From positions 4,544,001 to 4,608,000 of the forward strand of contig OZ242180.1 in NCBI GenBank assembly GCA_965205485.1: a stretch of DNA of 64,000 nt, in the 5' to 3' direction. Source of the DNA: Candidatus Latescibacterota bacterium. Its GTDB lineage: Bacteria > Latescibacterota > UBA2968 > GCA-2709665. A program made the position numbers and the translations under genes. The notes beneath the pieces were generated by a model. The model searched no databases. It was not told where the DNA came from and was given only the letters and a program-made list of their open reading frames with translations. This document shows, in pieces, positions 8,730 to 17,938 of this stretch (position 1 is the stretch's first letter; each line of letters opens with the position of its first letter).

Positions 8730-9800
8730 CTAACCGGTCTGTCCGGCGATCGGCATATGAATCCTGAACACGGTTCCCTTCCCTGTTTCGCTCTTCACCT
8801 CGATGTGGCCACGATGCTGATAGATAATCTGCTGGGCGATGGAGAGACCGAGCCCGGTACCTTCGTCGCGGGTGGTATAGTAATACTCGAAGATACGATC
8901 GATCTCCTCGTCCGGAATCCCGCAGCCGGTATCCGAAATTGACAGGCATACATGTCCGGCGTCGGAATCCAACCACGTTCGCGCGCGCAGTTGCCCATCG
9001 GATTCCATCGCCTGGAATGCGTTTACCGTTATGTTCAGGACGGCCTGGCCCAGCTGGCTATCGTCTCCACTCACCGTGGGAAGACCGTCACGAAGATCCA
9101 GGTCCAGCCGGATACCCCGGTCCCGGGCTTCCGGAGAGACCAGATCGAACACATGCTGTACCACGTTGTTCAGGCAGACCCGTTTCAGATCCAGTCTCGG
9201 CGTTCTGGAAAACCTCAGAAAATTATGCACGATCCGGTCAAGCCGCTTCATCTCCATCTGGGCGATTTTGAGCCTGCGGTCCATGCGGCTCCGCACCCCC
9301 TCATCCACCGCCCGAAGATCGTCTTCCAGGAGCTGCAACTGAATGTCCACCGCACCCAGCGGATTCCGGACCTCGTGCGCGACGGATGCGGCCAGGCGCC
9401 CGAGCGCGCTCATTTTCGCGACCTGATACGTCTCCCACTCCATCTGCTTCAGGGCGGAAACGTCCTGTACAACCAGAACCAGCCCCAGTTTCGAACCGGC
9501 TTTCAGGTACGACGTGGTTGCGCCCAGTCGACGCATTCCGCCGTCGCCCTGGTGCAACATCAGATCCCTCGGCTCCGGGTACAGGCAACCACGAAACCCG
9601 GCCTCCAGAATCTTCAGCAGTTCCGGGCTTGCGGCGAACAGCTCGGCGGCCCCGCGCCCCACCGCGGCCTGTCCGGCCAGTCCCAGAAGGCGAATCGATG
9701 CCCCGTTGGCCAACACGACGATGCGATGCCGGTCGAACGCAATCACGCCTTCGTTCAAGCCCTCGAGCAGCGCGGCGTATTCCGAAGCGGATTTCGGCAT
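8730..9800 (-). CDS. Cytoplasmic PAS-domain sensor histidine kinase (NtrB-like)
   Basis: N-terminal PAS, H-box AHEVRNPL, N-box, DTGCG, GTGLGL; no transmembrane segment visible. Confidence 0.92.
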   Translation of the reverse strand: MPKSASEYAALLEGLNEGVIAFDRHRIVVLANGASIRLLGLAGQAAVGRGAAELFAASPELLKILEAGFRGCLYPEPRDLMLHQGDGGMRRLGATTSYLKAGSKLGLVLVVQDVSALKQMEWETYQVAKMSALGRLAASVAHEVRNPLGAVDIQLQLLEDDLRAVDEGVRSRMDRRLKIAQMEMKRLDRIVHNFLRFSRTPRLDLKRVCLNNVVQHVFDLVSPEARDRGIRLDLDLRDGLPTVSGDDSQLGQAVLNITVNAFQAMESDGQLRARTWLDSDAGHVCLSISDTGCGIPDEEIDRIFEYYYTTRDEGTGLGLSIAQQIIYQHRGHIEVKSETGKGTVFRIHMPIAGQTG

Positions 9801-9949
9801 GTCGGCTCCCCGGGTGACTCTCGTAACCTATGCAGTCCACTCTTAAAAGGCAAGTCCGATTCTCCATCCGTACCACCTGCTTCGGGTACCAATCCTGCGA
9901 TACAACCGGGCGGCATTTTCTCTATCTTACGGAAAAATAAATAAAAAAC

Positions 9950-9978
9950 TTGACAACCCTGTGTTCTTGGTTTACTTT
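9950..9978 (+). promoter_or_regulatory. Sigma-70-type promoter for rho
   Basis: A-tract followed by TTGACA-17 nt-TACTTT. Confidence 0.7.
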
Positions 9979-10209
9979 TTCAGTGTAATTCTCCCGCTTC
10001 CTTCCCACTTTTTTACCGCACATATACAGACGACTCCTCGCTTCAGGCATCCTTTGCTACACGAACTTCCTCTGATTCGCCTCCTTTAGTCAGACACGTC
10101 CGACCCGTTTCTCCGCTGCTGCCTCCGCCTGTCCAAGTTCGGCCGCAGTCCCTGAGAGACAAGCCGCCTGTAGCCCCCACGCAGCATTTTCGACACATTG
10201 GATCCGCCA

Positions 10210-11517
10210 ATGGCAACCGAAACGACCAGGGCAGTCCCGAAAGCGCCGCCGCGGGCAGGTGGCGTAGAAATACTGGAACTCCAGAACATGACCATTTCGG
10301 AACTCGCAAGGTTGGCCCAGTCCCTCGAGATCCATAGCTACGGCAGCCTGAGAAAACAGGAACTGATTTTCGCAATCATCCAAGCGCAGACTGCCAAAAA
10401 CGGCCTGATTCTGGCCAAGGGCGTTCTGGAAATCCTGGAAGACGGTTTCGGTTTCCTGCGGTCTCCCAATTACAATTATCTCCCGGGCCCGGATGACATC
10501 TACGTTTCACATTCGCAGATCAAGCGCTTCAATCTCCGCACGGGAGACACCATTTCCGGTCAGATTCGCCCGCCCAAGAACGACGAGAAGTATTTCGCGC
10601 TCATTCGGGTTGAGGCCGTAAACTTCGAAGATCCGGAGCTGGCCAAACAGAAAACGCTCTTCGATAACCTCACGCCGTTGCATCCGCGGCAGCGCATGAA
10701 ACTCGAATACGATTCGAATGACTTCTCAACTCGAATCATGAATCTGCTGACACCGATCGGCAAGGGCCAGCGCGGCATGATTGTAGCCCCGCCCTTTACG
10801 GGCAAAACCATGCTGCTGCAGAAAATAGCCAATGCAATCACCGAGAACCACCCGGAAATCAATCTCATCGTACTCCTGATAGACGAACGACCTGAGGAAG
10901 TGACCGACATGCTGCGGTCCGTCAACGGAGAAGTCATCAGTTCCACCTTCGACGAACCCCCGACCCGGCATGTACAGGTGGCGGATATGGTCATCGAAAA
11001 GGCCAAGCGTCTGGTGGAACATCAACAGGACGTCGTCATTCTCCTGGACAGCATCACGCGCCTCGCCCGGGCCTATAACAACGTCGTTCCCCATAGCGGC
11101 CGCATCCTTACCGGCGGCCTCGACTCCAGTGCCATGCAGTGGCCCAAGCGATTCTTCGGCGCCGCGCGAAACATCGAAGAAGGCGGCAGTCTGACCATCC
11201 TGTCCACTGCCCTCGTTGAAACCGGAAGCCGTATGGACGAGGTCATTTTCGAGGAATTCAAGGGTACCGGCAACATGGAATTGAAACTGGACCGGCGCCT
11301 GAGCAACCGGCGCATCTATCCAGCTATCGACGTTACCCTTTCAGGAACCCGGAAAGAGGAACTGCTGCTCGACGAAAAGGAACTCAACCGGGTCTGGATT
11401 CTGCGCCGACTCCTCAACCAGATGCCTGCCCTCGAAGCCATGGAGTTCCTCAAGGAAAAGATGGCAGGTACCAGAAGCAACGAGGCCTTCCTGGATTCAA
11501 TGAACAGGCAGTTGTAA
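10210..11517 (+). CDS. rho: Transcription termination factor Rho
   Basis: [43 protein letters not shown]. Confidence 0.98.
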   Translation: MATETTRAVPKAPPRAGGVEILELQNMTISELARLAQSLEIHSYGSLRKQELIFAIIQAQTAKNGLILAKGVLEILEDGFGFLRSPNYNYLPGPDDIYVSHSQIKRFNLRTGDTISGQIRPPKNDEKYFALIRVEAVNFEDPELAKQKTLFDNLTPLHPRQRMKLEYDSNDFSTRIMNLLTPIGKGQRGMIVAPPFTGKTMLLQKIANAITENHPEINLIVLLIDERPEEVTDMLRSVNGEVISSTFDEPPTRHVQVADMVIEKAKRLVEHQQDVVILLDSITRLARAYNNVVPHSGRILTGGLDSSAMQWPKRFFGAARNIEEGGSLTILSTALVETGSRMDEVIFEEFKGTGNMELKLDRRLSNRRIYPAIDVTLSGTRKEELLLDEKELNRVWILRRLLNQMPALEAMEFLKEKMAGTRSNEAFLDSMNRQL

Positions 11518-11562
11518 GCGCGGCTGTCAGGACCCGCCGACCCGCCAATTTCCTTTAAGTTC

Positions 11563-11591
11563 TTGCGCGGGAAATCTGTTTTACCTATATT
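11563..11591 (+). promoter_or_regulatory. Sigma-70-type promoter for rpmE
   Basis: TTGCGC-17 nt-TATATT. Confidence 0.45.
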
Positions 11592-11641
11592 ATGAGGCTG
11601 ATTTTGTCGTCGATTCATCCGGATCTGAGGGTATTCGTCAC

Positions 11642-11899
11642 GTGAAACCGAATATTCATCCTGAATACGTCGAAACCACCATCACCTGCGCCTGCGGGAA
11701 TTCCCTGGAAACGCACGGGACCGTGCCCGGACTGCGGGTGGACATCTGCTCCAACTGCCATCCGTTCTACACGGGCAAGCAGCGACTGGTGGACACAGCG
11801 GGCATGGTGGAACGATACCGGCGGCGTTACAATATAGACGAAGAAGATGCCGGGAACGTCCCAGAGCAGGCCGACGCGAAGGCAACCGCCGAAGATTAG
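11642..11899 (+). CDS. rpmE: 50S ribosomal protein L31, Zn-binding type
   Basis: MKPNIHPEY...CACG...[14 protein letters not shown]. Confidence 0.97.
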   Translation: MKPNIHPEYVETTITCACGNSLETHGTVPGLRVDICSNCHPFYTGKQRLVDTAGMVERYRRRYNIDEEDAGNVPEQADAKATAED

Positions 11900-11919
11900 C
11901 CATCAAATGTGTCACACAA

Positions 11920-11974
11920 GGTGAAACGGCATCGTCCGCCCGCCGGGGGACGTGCGTACCGCTTCGCCTTTTTT
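11920..11974 (+). terminator. Possible intrinsic terminator after rpmE
   Basis: AGGTGAAACGG...CCGCTTCGCCT imperfect stem followed by a T run. Confidence 0.45.
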
Positions 11975-12036
11975 GTTGTCTCACCTGAAGATATCCGGAT
12001 GCTGCCGTCCATTGGAAAAACTGACAGGGAAATCGA

Positions 12037-13125
12037 ATGTTCGGTCAACTTGAAGAGGTCGAAAACCGATTTGAAGAGATCCGAAGTGAGATGGCCCGGC
12101 CGGACGTCGCGGCCAACCCCGGCAGGTTCAGGGAACTCACCATGGAGTTTCGCCGTCTTGAAGAAATCGTCAGCAGTTACCGCGAATACCGTAAGATTGT
12201 AACCGGCCTGGAGGAAGCCGGAGAGATCATCCGGGACTCGAGTGACGCCGAACTGGTTGAAATCGCCCGGGAGGAGCTTGCCGAACTCGAACGCGAGGAA
12301 GCCCGGCTTACCGGGAAACTTCAGTTCCTGCTGATCCCCCGGGATCCCAACGACAGCAAGAACACCATTGTGGAGATCCGCGCCGGCGCCGGCGGCGAAG
12401 AGGCGGCGCTGTTTGCCGCCGATCTGTACAGGATGTACTCCCGTTACTCCGAATCAAAGGGGTGGCGGGCCGAACTGCTCAGCGCCAATCCGACCGGCAT
12501 CGGCGGATTCAAGGAGGTTATCTTCTCGGTTGGTGGAAGCGATGTCTACGGAAATCTGAAGTACGAAAGCGGCGTACACCGCGTACAGCGCATACCCGAG
12601 ACCGAGTCCAGCGGGCGCATCCATACATCCACTTCCACGGTTGCCGTACTGCCCGAAGCGGAAGACGTGGATATCGAGGTCAATCCCGAAGATATCAGGG
12701 TTGACGTGTACCGTTCCTCGGGGCCGGGAGGCCAGAGTGTCAATACCACCGATTCGGCCGTTCGGATTACCCATTTGCCCACCGGACTGATCGTACAGTG
12801 CCAGGACGAAAAGTCCCAGCACAAGAACAAGGCCAGGGCGATGAAGGTCCTCCGCGCGCGACTCCTGGATCGCGCCCTTCAGGACCAGCGGGACACGACC
12901 TCCCGGAGCCGGAGGGCCCAGGTCGGCACGGGCGACCGAAGCGCGAAGATCCGCACGTACAATTTTCCCCAGGGCCGGGTTACGGACCACCGGATCAAGC
13001 TCACGCTCCACAAACTCGAAGAGACGCTCGAAGGCGATCTTGACGAATTCATCAAGGCCCTGCGCCTGGCAGACCATACCGAGAAGATAAAAGACGCCGA
13101 GCCGAATACCCAGGTGTCCACATGA
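12037..13125 (+). CDS. prfA: Peptide chain release factor 1
   Basis: [22 protein letters not shown] (PxT anticodon motif), [11 protein letters not shown]. Confidence 0.97.
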   Translation: MFGQLEEVENRFEEIRSEMARPDVAANPGRFRELTMEFRRLEEIVSSYREYRKIVTGLEEAGEIIRDSSDAELVEIAREELAELEREEARLTGKLQFLLIPRDPNDSKNTIVEIRAGAGGEEAALFAADLYRMYSRYSESKGWRAELLSANPTGIGGFKEVIFSVGGSDVYGNLKYESGVHRVQRIPETESSGRIHTSTSTVAVLPEAEDVDIEVNPEDIRVDVYRSSGPGGQSVNTTDSAVRITHLPTGLIVQCQDEKSQHKNKARAMKVLRARLLDRALQDQRDTTSRSRRAQVGTGDRSAKIRTYNFPQGRVTDHRIKLTLHKLEETLEGDLDEFIKALRLADHTEKIKDAEPNTQVST

Positions 13126-13147
13126 TACGATAGGGCCCGGGGCTTGG

Positions 13148-13246
13148 CAGCCCGTTGAAAAGGCCCATCCGGGCTGCGGCCGGCCATTGCGGTCGAAAAT
13201 CTGCGTTGCGCGGCCTCGCCTGCAGAGCGACTTTTCCAACGGACTG
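13148..13246 (+). mobile_element. MITE family B copy (99 bp) between prfA and prmC
   Basis: Terminal inverted repeats CAGCCCGTTGAAAAG / CTTTTCCAACGGACTG; flanks TTGG/TTAG. Confidence 0.8.
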
Positions 13247-13261
13247 TTAGACGGGCAGGCC

Positions 13262-14137
13262 ATGGCCGAATTCTCCTCGCTTCCCATCACCTCCGATGTC
13301 CTCGCCGTTTTGACGCGCAGCCTGGCGGATGCCGGCGTACCGGATCCGCGCACCGACGTTGAGTGGCTGCTTGCCCACGTCCTGAAAACCAGCCGTTCCG
13401 GCATCTTCGCGAACCCGCGTCGACGACTTTCGCCGGCGCAGGTTGAACGGATTCGGGATTTCGTGCAAAAGCGGCGCGCACGCGTGCCGCTTCAGCATCT
13501 GCTTGGCGAAACCGAGTTTTTCTCCCTTCCTTTTTACGTCGGCCCCGACGCGCTCATCCCCCGTCCTGAAACAGAAATTCTCGTCGAATCGCTGGTCGAC
13601 CGCCTGGATGGCCAAACAAGGCCGCGGATTCTGGATGTCGGTACCGGGGCCGGTCCTGTTGCCGTGGCGCTTGCCCACGCGCTTCCCGGGAGCCGCCTGG
13701 TTGCGACCGATGTTTCCTCGAAAGCAATGCGGCTTGCGGTCCGCAATGCCTTCCGCAACGAAGTACGGCACCGGATCGACTTTGTTTGTGCTGATCTTTT
13801 CGCCGCATTCCGGACACGTGCCGTGTTTCACGCGGTTGTTTCCAATCCCCCCTACATCGCCACCCGCGATCTGCCGGCCCTTCAGCCCGAAGTCCGCTGC
13901 TTCGACCCCCCGCTCGCGCTCGACGGCGGGCCGGATGGACTCGCCTTCCACCGTTTGATTATCGACCGGGCGCCGGACCACGTCTGCACGGGTGGGTGGC
14001 TGGCCCTGGAAGTCGGCGACGGCGCAGCTCCCGACGTGTTGAATCTCCTGGAAAAATCGCCGGAGTTCGTCCATGAACGGACCGTCTCCGATCTCACCGG
14101 TACGGAACGCGTTCTGCTGGCCAGAAAGCGCGCATAG
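13262..14137 (+). CDS. prmC: Release factor glutamine methyltransferase
   Basis: LIPRPETE, LDVGTGAG, SNPPY, ALDGGPDGL. Start moved to ATG 13262 because the longer start lies inside a MITE. Confidence 0.95.
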   Translation: MAEFSSLPITSDVLAVLTRSLADAGVPDPRTDVEWLLAHVLKTSRSGIFANPRRRLSPAQVERIRDFVQKRRARVPLQHLLGETEFFSLPFYVGPDALIPRPETEILVESLVDRLDGQTRPRILDVGTGAGPVAVALAHALPGSRLVATDVSSKAMRLAVRNAFRNEVRHRIDFVCADLFAAFRTRAVFHAVVSNPPYIATRDLPALQPEVRCFDPPLALDGGPDGLAFHRLIIDRAPDHVCTGGWLALEVGDGAAPDVLNLLEKSPEFVHERTVSDLTGTERVLLARKRA

Positions 14138-14172
14138 CCGACGCTTGTGCTCTGTCCCTGCATGACATCTGC

Positions 14173-14201
14173 TTGACCCCCAAATTGCCGATCGCTATAT
14201 T
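14173..14201 (+). promoter_or_regulatory. Sigma-70-type promoter
   Basis: TTGACC-17 nt-TATATT upstream of the lyase-like gene. Confidence 0.55.
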
Positions 14202-14281
14202 GACATCCCATATCGCGACGGACCGGGCTCGAGGTAGGCGACCCGTGTTTCCTGCCCGCTTCCAGCCAATCGGGAGTCTCC

Positions 14282-16153
14282 ATGACCGTACCCGACGTCA
14301 AACGTCTCATGCCTGAGACTCTGGAACATCCCTATCTGCACTTCGACAGGTCGGACCTCGACCGGGTGCGCGCGCTCTGCCTGGACGGCTCCCATTCGGA
14401 CGTATACGCGCAGACGCGGGAGCGGTTGAACGCTCACCTCGACCTCCCGTTCCCAACGCCGCCACCGAGAGAGGACAGCTACCGGAACGGCATCTGGGAG
14501 GCATACAGCCGGCTTTCCGCCGAAGCGCGGAATCTCGTTGAAGACTACGTGCTGGCTTACGCCGTCGACCAGGATCAGGCCTACTTCGAAAAAGCCTGGG
14601 AAGGCCTCGCTTCAATGATGAGCTGGCCCTCCTGGGTCCACCCGGTCCACGAATTCATGCTTCTGGACCTGGACGGCAGCCACACCTGCGCCTGCTTCGC
14701 GGCGGCTTACGACCTGCTGTACGACGCCCTTTCCGAAAACCAGCGCCGTGAGCTCGAGTTCATGGTCTTTGCGCGCGGCCTGGCCCACTGCATCGGCGGC
14801 ATGCAGCGCCACTTCTGGGCTTCGCGGTACGACAGCAACTGGTGTTCCGTGTGCGTATCCAACATGGGCCTGTGCGCCATGGCCATGCTCGACGCGGGAC
14901 ACATCCATCTGAGGACGGAGATCCGCCCTCGCGAAGCCATGCTCGGCGTGATACGGGAGTGTATTGAACGCATCACGAAATTCTACGACGGCATCCAGAA
15001 CGACGGCTCGTGGAAGGAGGGTCCGGGGTACTGGAACTACGGAATCGTTACTTCCTTTCCGTTTTCGGATGCGCTCAGGCGGCTCACTTGCGGACAGATC
15101 AACCTGTACGATCATCCCAAACTCAGAAACACGGTCGAATTTCCCATCAACTGCTTTCTCCCGCCCGACCGCGTGGTCAACTTCGCCGACTGCGGCAAGC
15201 ATTTTCCGGACGGCATGGCCTTCCGCAAGTTCGCGCAGGAATACGGCAATCGGGCGGCCGCGTACTTCGATCGGGTCACCACGGACCGCCGGCCGTCCAT
15301 CAGACTGGCGGAACTCTTCTGGGATGCGACCGATACCGTTCCCGAACTGCCGGCCCCGCCCCACCCGTCCGTCTACTTTCCCGATGCCGGCTGGTGCGTG
15401 ATGCGAGGATCATGGAAGGATCCGAACGCCCCGATCATGGCGTTGAAAATCGGCGCTACCGTAGAACCCCACGGCCACGCGGACGTCGGGAACTATATTG
15501 TCCACGCCGGGCAAAGGACCGTTGTGCGCGAACTCGGCATCGGCCGCTACGGGGACCCGGGCGAATGGATCTTCAAGGCGACACACGGTCACAATCTGCC
15601 GCTCTTCGACGGACAGGGGCAGCCGGGCGACCGTCGCCTTGTCGGTACCGTGGAAGAGACCGAATTCACCGGCGCCCACGATTACCTCAGGGCTTCCATT
15701 GCCCCCGCCTACGGCATCGAAAAGCTCACGGCTTTCGTCCGGCATTTCCTCTTCCTCCGTCCGACGCTTATTGTCGTTATAGACGAGATCGAGGTCACGG
15801 ATGCGACCCGGATGGAGTCCCGCATTCACTTCTCGGACACGGCGGAAATAGCCGGGGCTTCGGCAGCGCTTGCCGACGGAGATACCGTTGTAAACGTGCG
15901 CCTGTTGGCGCCGTCGGCAGCGGTGTTTCACATGGGCCGGCACGAGGACCTGAAACCGGGTCACGCCGACGCCGAGAGCCTGGACGTCGGATACCTGAAA
16001 ATCGACACCGTGCTGGAGTCCGGTTCGGCCATGTTCGCCGTGGCCTTCGGTATCGACAGCGACCCGGCCGACGTCGTGTTGAATCCCCGTAACGGCAGCA
16101 TCACCGTCTCCCGGCAGGAACAGACGTTCAGGATGGACACTGCCCTGGTCTGA
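14282..16153 (+). CDS. Heparinase II/III-like polysaccharide lyase
   Basis: HPYL N-terminus, AYDLLYD, SNW, DGSWKEGPGYWNYG, NFADC, HGHADVG, GHNLPLFDGQGQ. Confidence 0.8.
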   Translation: MTVPDVKRLMPETLEHPYLHFDRSDLDRVRALCLDGSHSDVYAQTRERLNAHLDLPFPTPPPREDSYRNGIWEAYSRLSAEARNLVEDYVLAYAVDQDQAYFEKAWEGLASMMSWPSWVHPVHEFMLLDLDGSHTCACFAAAYDLLYDALSENQRRELEFMVFARGLAHCIGGMQRHFWASRYDSNWCSVCVSNMGLCAMAMLDAGHIHLRTEIRPREAMLGVIRECIERITKFYDGIQNDGSWKEGPGYWNYGIVTSFPFSDALRRLTCGQINLYDHPKLRNTVEFPINCFLPPDRVVNFADCGKHFPDGMAFRKFAQEYGNRAAAYFDRVTTDRRPSIRLAELFWDATDTVPELPAPPHPSVYFPDAGWCVMRGSWKDPNAPIMALKIGATVEPHGHADVGNYIVHAGQRTVVRELGIGRYGDPGEWIFKATHGHNLPLFDGQGQPGDRRLVGTVEETEFTGAHDYLRASIAPAYGIEKLTAFVRHFLFLRPTLIVVIDEIEVTDATRMESRIHFSDTAEIAGASAALADGDTVVNVRLLAPSAAVFHMGRHEDLKPGHADAESLDVGYLKIDTVLESGSAMFAVAFGIDSDPADVVLNPRNGSITVSRQEQTFRMDTALV

Positions 16154-16207
16154 ATCAACGCCCGTCGGCGGCGGCGATCCGACAGCGGCTTCACTTTCTC
16201 CCGGCCC

Positions 16208-16993
16208 ATGCGAATAACCACCTGGAACGTGAACGGCCTGCGCGCCGCGCTCAGAAAGGGCTTCGCCAGGCACGTCGATCGGATCGCTCCGGACGTACTC
16301 CTCCTCCAGGAAATCCGGACGCTCCCCGAACAACTGCCCGCCGAGTGGATCAATCCGCGCGGCTGGCATGTCCACTGGCATCCCGCGGAACGCAAGGGGT
16401 ATTCCGGGGTTGCGATCTGGTCCCGCCATCGGTTCGAGGTTCTCGGCACCGGTATCCACGGGTCCGATCCGGAAGGCCGGATCCTCCAGGCGCGGGTACA
16501 GGGCGTCCGCATGGTCAACGTCTACCTGCCCTCGGGCTCATCCAGCGAAGATCGCCAGAAAATCAAGGAAGATCTTTGGATGGCGCGATTTCTGCCGTGG
16601 GCCGAGGATTACACGCAACGGGACGAACCCGTGGTCCTCGGAGGCGACTTCAACATTGCCCACACCGAAAAAGACATCTTCTACGCAAGGGGAAACGAGA
16701 AGAACTCAGGATTCCTGCCCCACGAAAGGCAGTGGATGACCGACCTGCTGGCTACGGGATGGAACGACTTTGTACGTCAACATTTCGGAGACGTGCATGG
16801 GCCCTATTCCTGGTGGTCCAATCGCGGGCGCGCCCGGGAACTCGACCGTGGGTGGCGGATCGACTACCTGCTGGGTAACGCCGCCGTCGCGGGACGATTC
16901 CGCAAAGCAGCCGTTCACCGGGAGGCCGGACTGACCGTTTCCGACCACGCGCCCGTCAGCATCGATCTCGGCCGCAACCCCCGTTCGATCTGA
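16208..16993 (+). CDS. xth: Exodeoxyribonuclease III / AP endonuclease
   Basis: TWNVNGLRA, LLQE, GYSGVA, GDFNIAH, GWRIDY, SDHAP. Confidence 0.95.
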   Translation: MRITTWNVNGLRAALRKGFARHVDRIAPDVLLLQEIRTLPEQLPAEWINPRGWHVHWHPAERKGYSGVAIWSRHRFEVLGTGIHGSDPEGRILQARVQGVRMVNVYLPSGSSSEDRQKIKEDLWMARFLPWAEDYTQRDEPVVLGGDFNIAHTEKDIFYARGNEKNSGFLPHERQWMTDLLATGWNDFVRQHFGDVHGPYSWWSNRGRARELDRGWRIDYLLGNAAVAGRFRKAAVHREAGLTVSDHAPVSIDLGRNPRSI

Positions 16994-17045
16994 ACGGGGG
17001 CCCGGCTTTATACGCCGTCTGGCCCCACGAAGAGGAGAATCGCCC

Positions 17046-17792
17046 TTGACCATACGACCGAACCGTGTCAAACGAAAACTCGCCAACGGCGGAATCGCCT
17101 GTATCGCAAGCGGTTTCACCCATCCCGACGACATTGACGCCTTCGGCAATACGGGCTTCGACGGCGTCTGGCTGGAAGGAGAGCACGGGCCCGTCAACGC
17201 GGCCGACCTCGGCAACCTCACGAGGGCCTGCGACCTCTGGGGGATGACCTCGATCGTCAGGGTCAACCGGAACGATCAGGCCCTGATCTACCGAACGCTG
17301 GACCGGGGGGCGCAGGGCATCGTCGTCCCCCACGTCAACACGGCGGCGGAGGCGCGGAACGTCGTCGATGGCGGTAAGTTCGCGCCGCTGGGCAAGCGCG
17401 GCCTCTTCACCAGCCGCCAGGGTTATGATGTACCCGATTATCTGTTATGCGCCAACGATGAAACGCTTCTTGTCGTCCTCATCGAGGACATCGCCGCGGT
17501 GCGGAACCTGGACTCCATCGTCGGGGTGGACCAGATTGACGTCTTCTTCGTCGCTCCGTCGGATCTGGCGGCTTCGATGGGCCAAATCGGCAACAACGAC
17601 CACCCCGATGTTCAACGCACGGTCGACGAGACCCTGATCCGCATCGGGGACGCGGGCCGAACGCCGGGCACCCTCACCACCAGCCACAATGTTGAGAAAT
17701 ACACGGACCTTGGCGCACGATTCCTGCTGACCACCATCGGCCCGTGGATCGCCGCCGGAGCAGCCGATTACCTGAAACGGGCACGGGGATAG
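17046..17792 (+). CDS. HpcH/HpaI aldolase family protein (GarL/RhmA-like)
   Basis: GFDGVWLEGEHG, LDRGAQGIVVPHV, PLGKRG, LIED, APSDLAASMG. GAGGAG RBS before the TTG start. Confidence 0.9.
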   Translation: MTIRPNRVKRKLANGGIACIASGFTHPDDIDAFGNTGFDGVWLEGEHGPVNAADLGNLTRACDLWGMTSIVRVNRNDQALIYRTLDRGAQGIVVPHVNTAAEARNVVDGGKFAPLGKRGLFTSRQGYDVPDYLLCANDETLLVVLIEDIAAVRNLDSIVGVDQIDVFFVAPSDLAASMGQIGNNDHPDVQRTVDETLIRIGDAGRTPGTLTTSHNVEKYTDLGARFLLTTIGPWIAAGAADYLKRARG

Positions 17793-17938
17793 CGGAATTC
17801 AGGTCTCCGTCCCGGCAATCGAGAGGTGTACATGTCGGCGGCGCGTTGTCGCCCGGGCAACCCGCCGGCCGGATTCCGGAAATCCATTTCCGAACGAGAT
17901 CACCGGGAGTTCGAGACCAGTCACAAGGCGAGAGCGCT

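Noticed and set aside
13187..13261. N-terminal extension of PrmC; likewise PBP 26662-26832 and ValS 29621-29656
   Set aside because: The extended starts fall inside a MITE or its target duplication; downstream ATGs fit the expected N-termini better.
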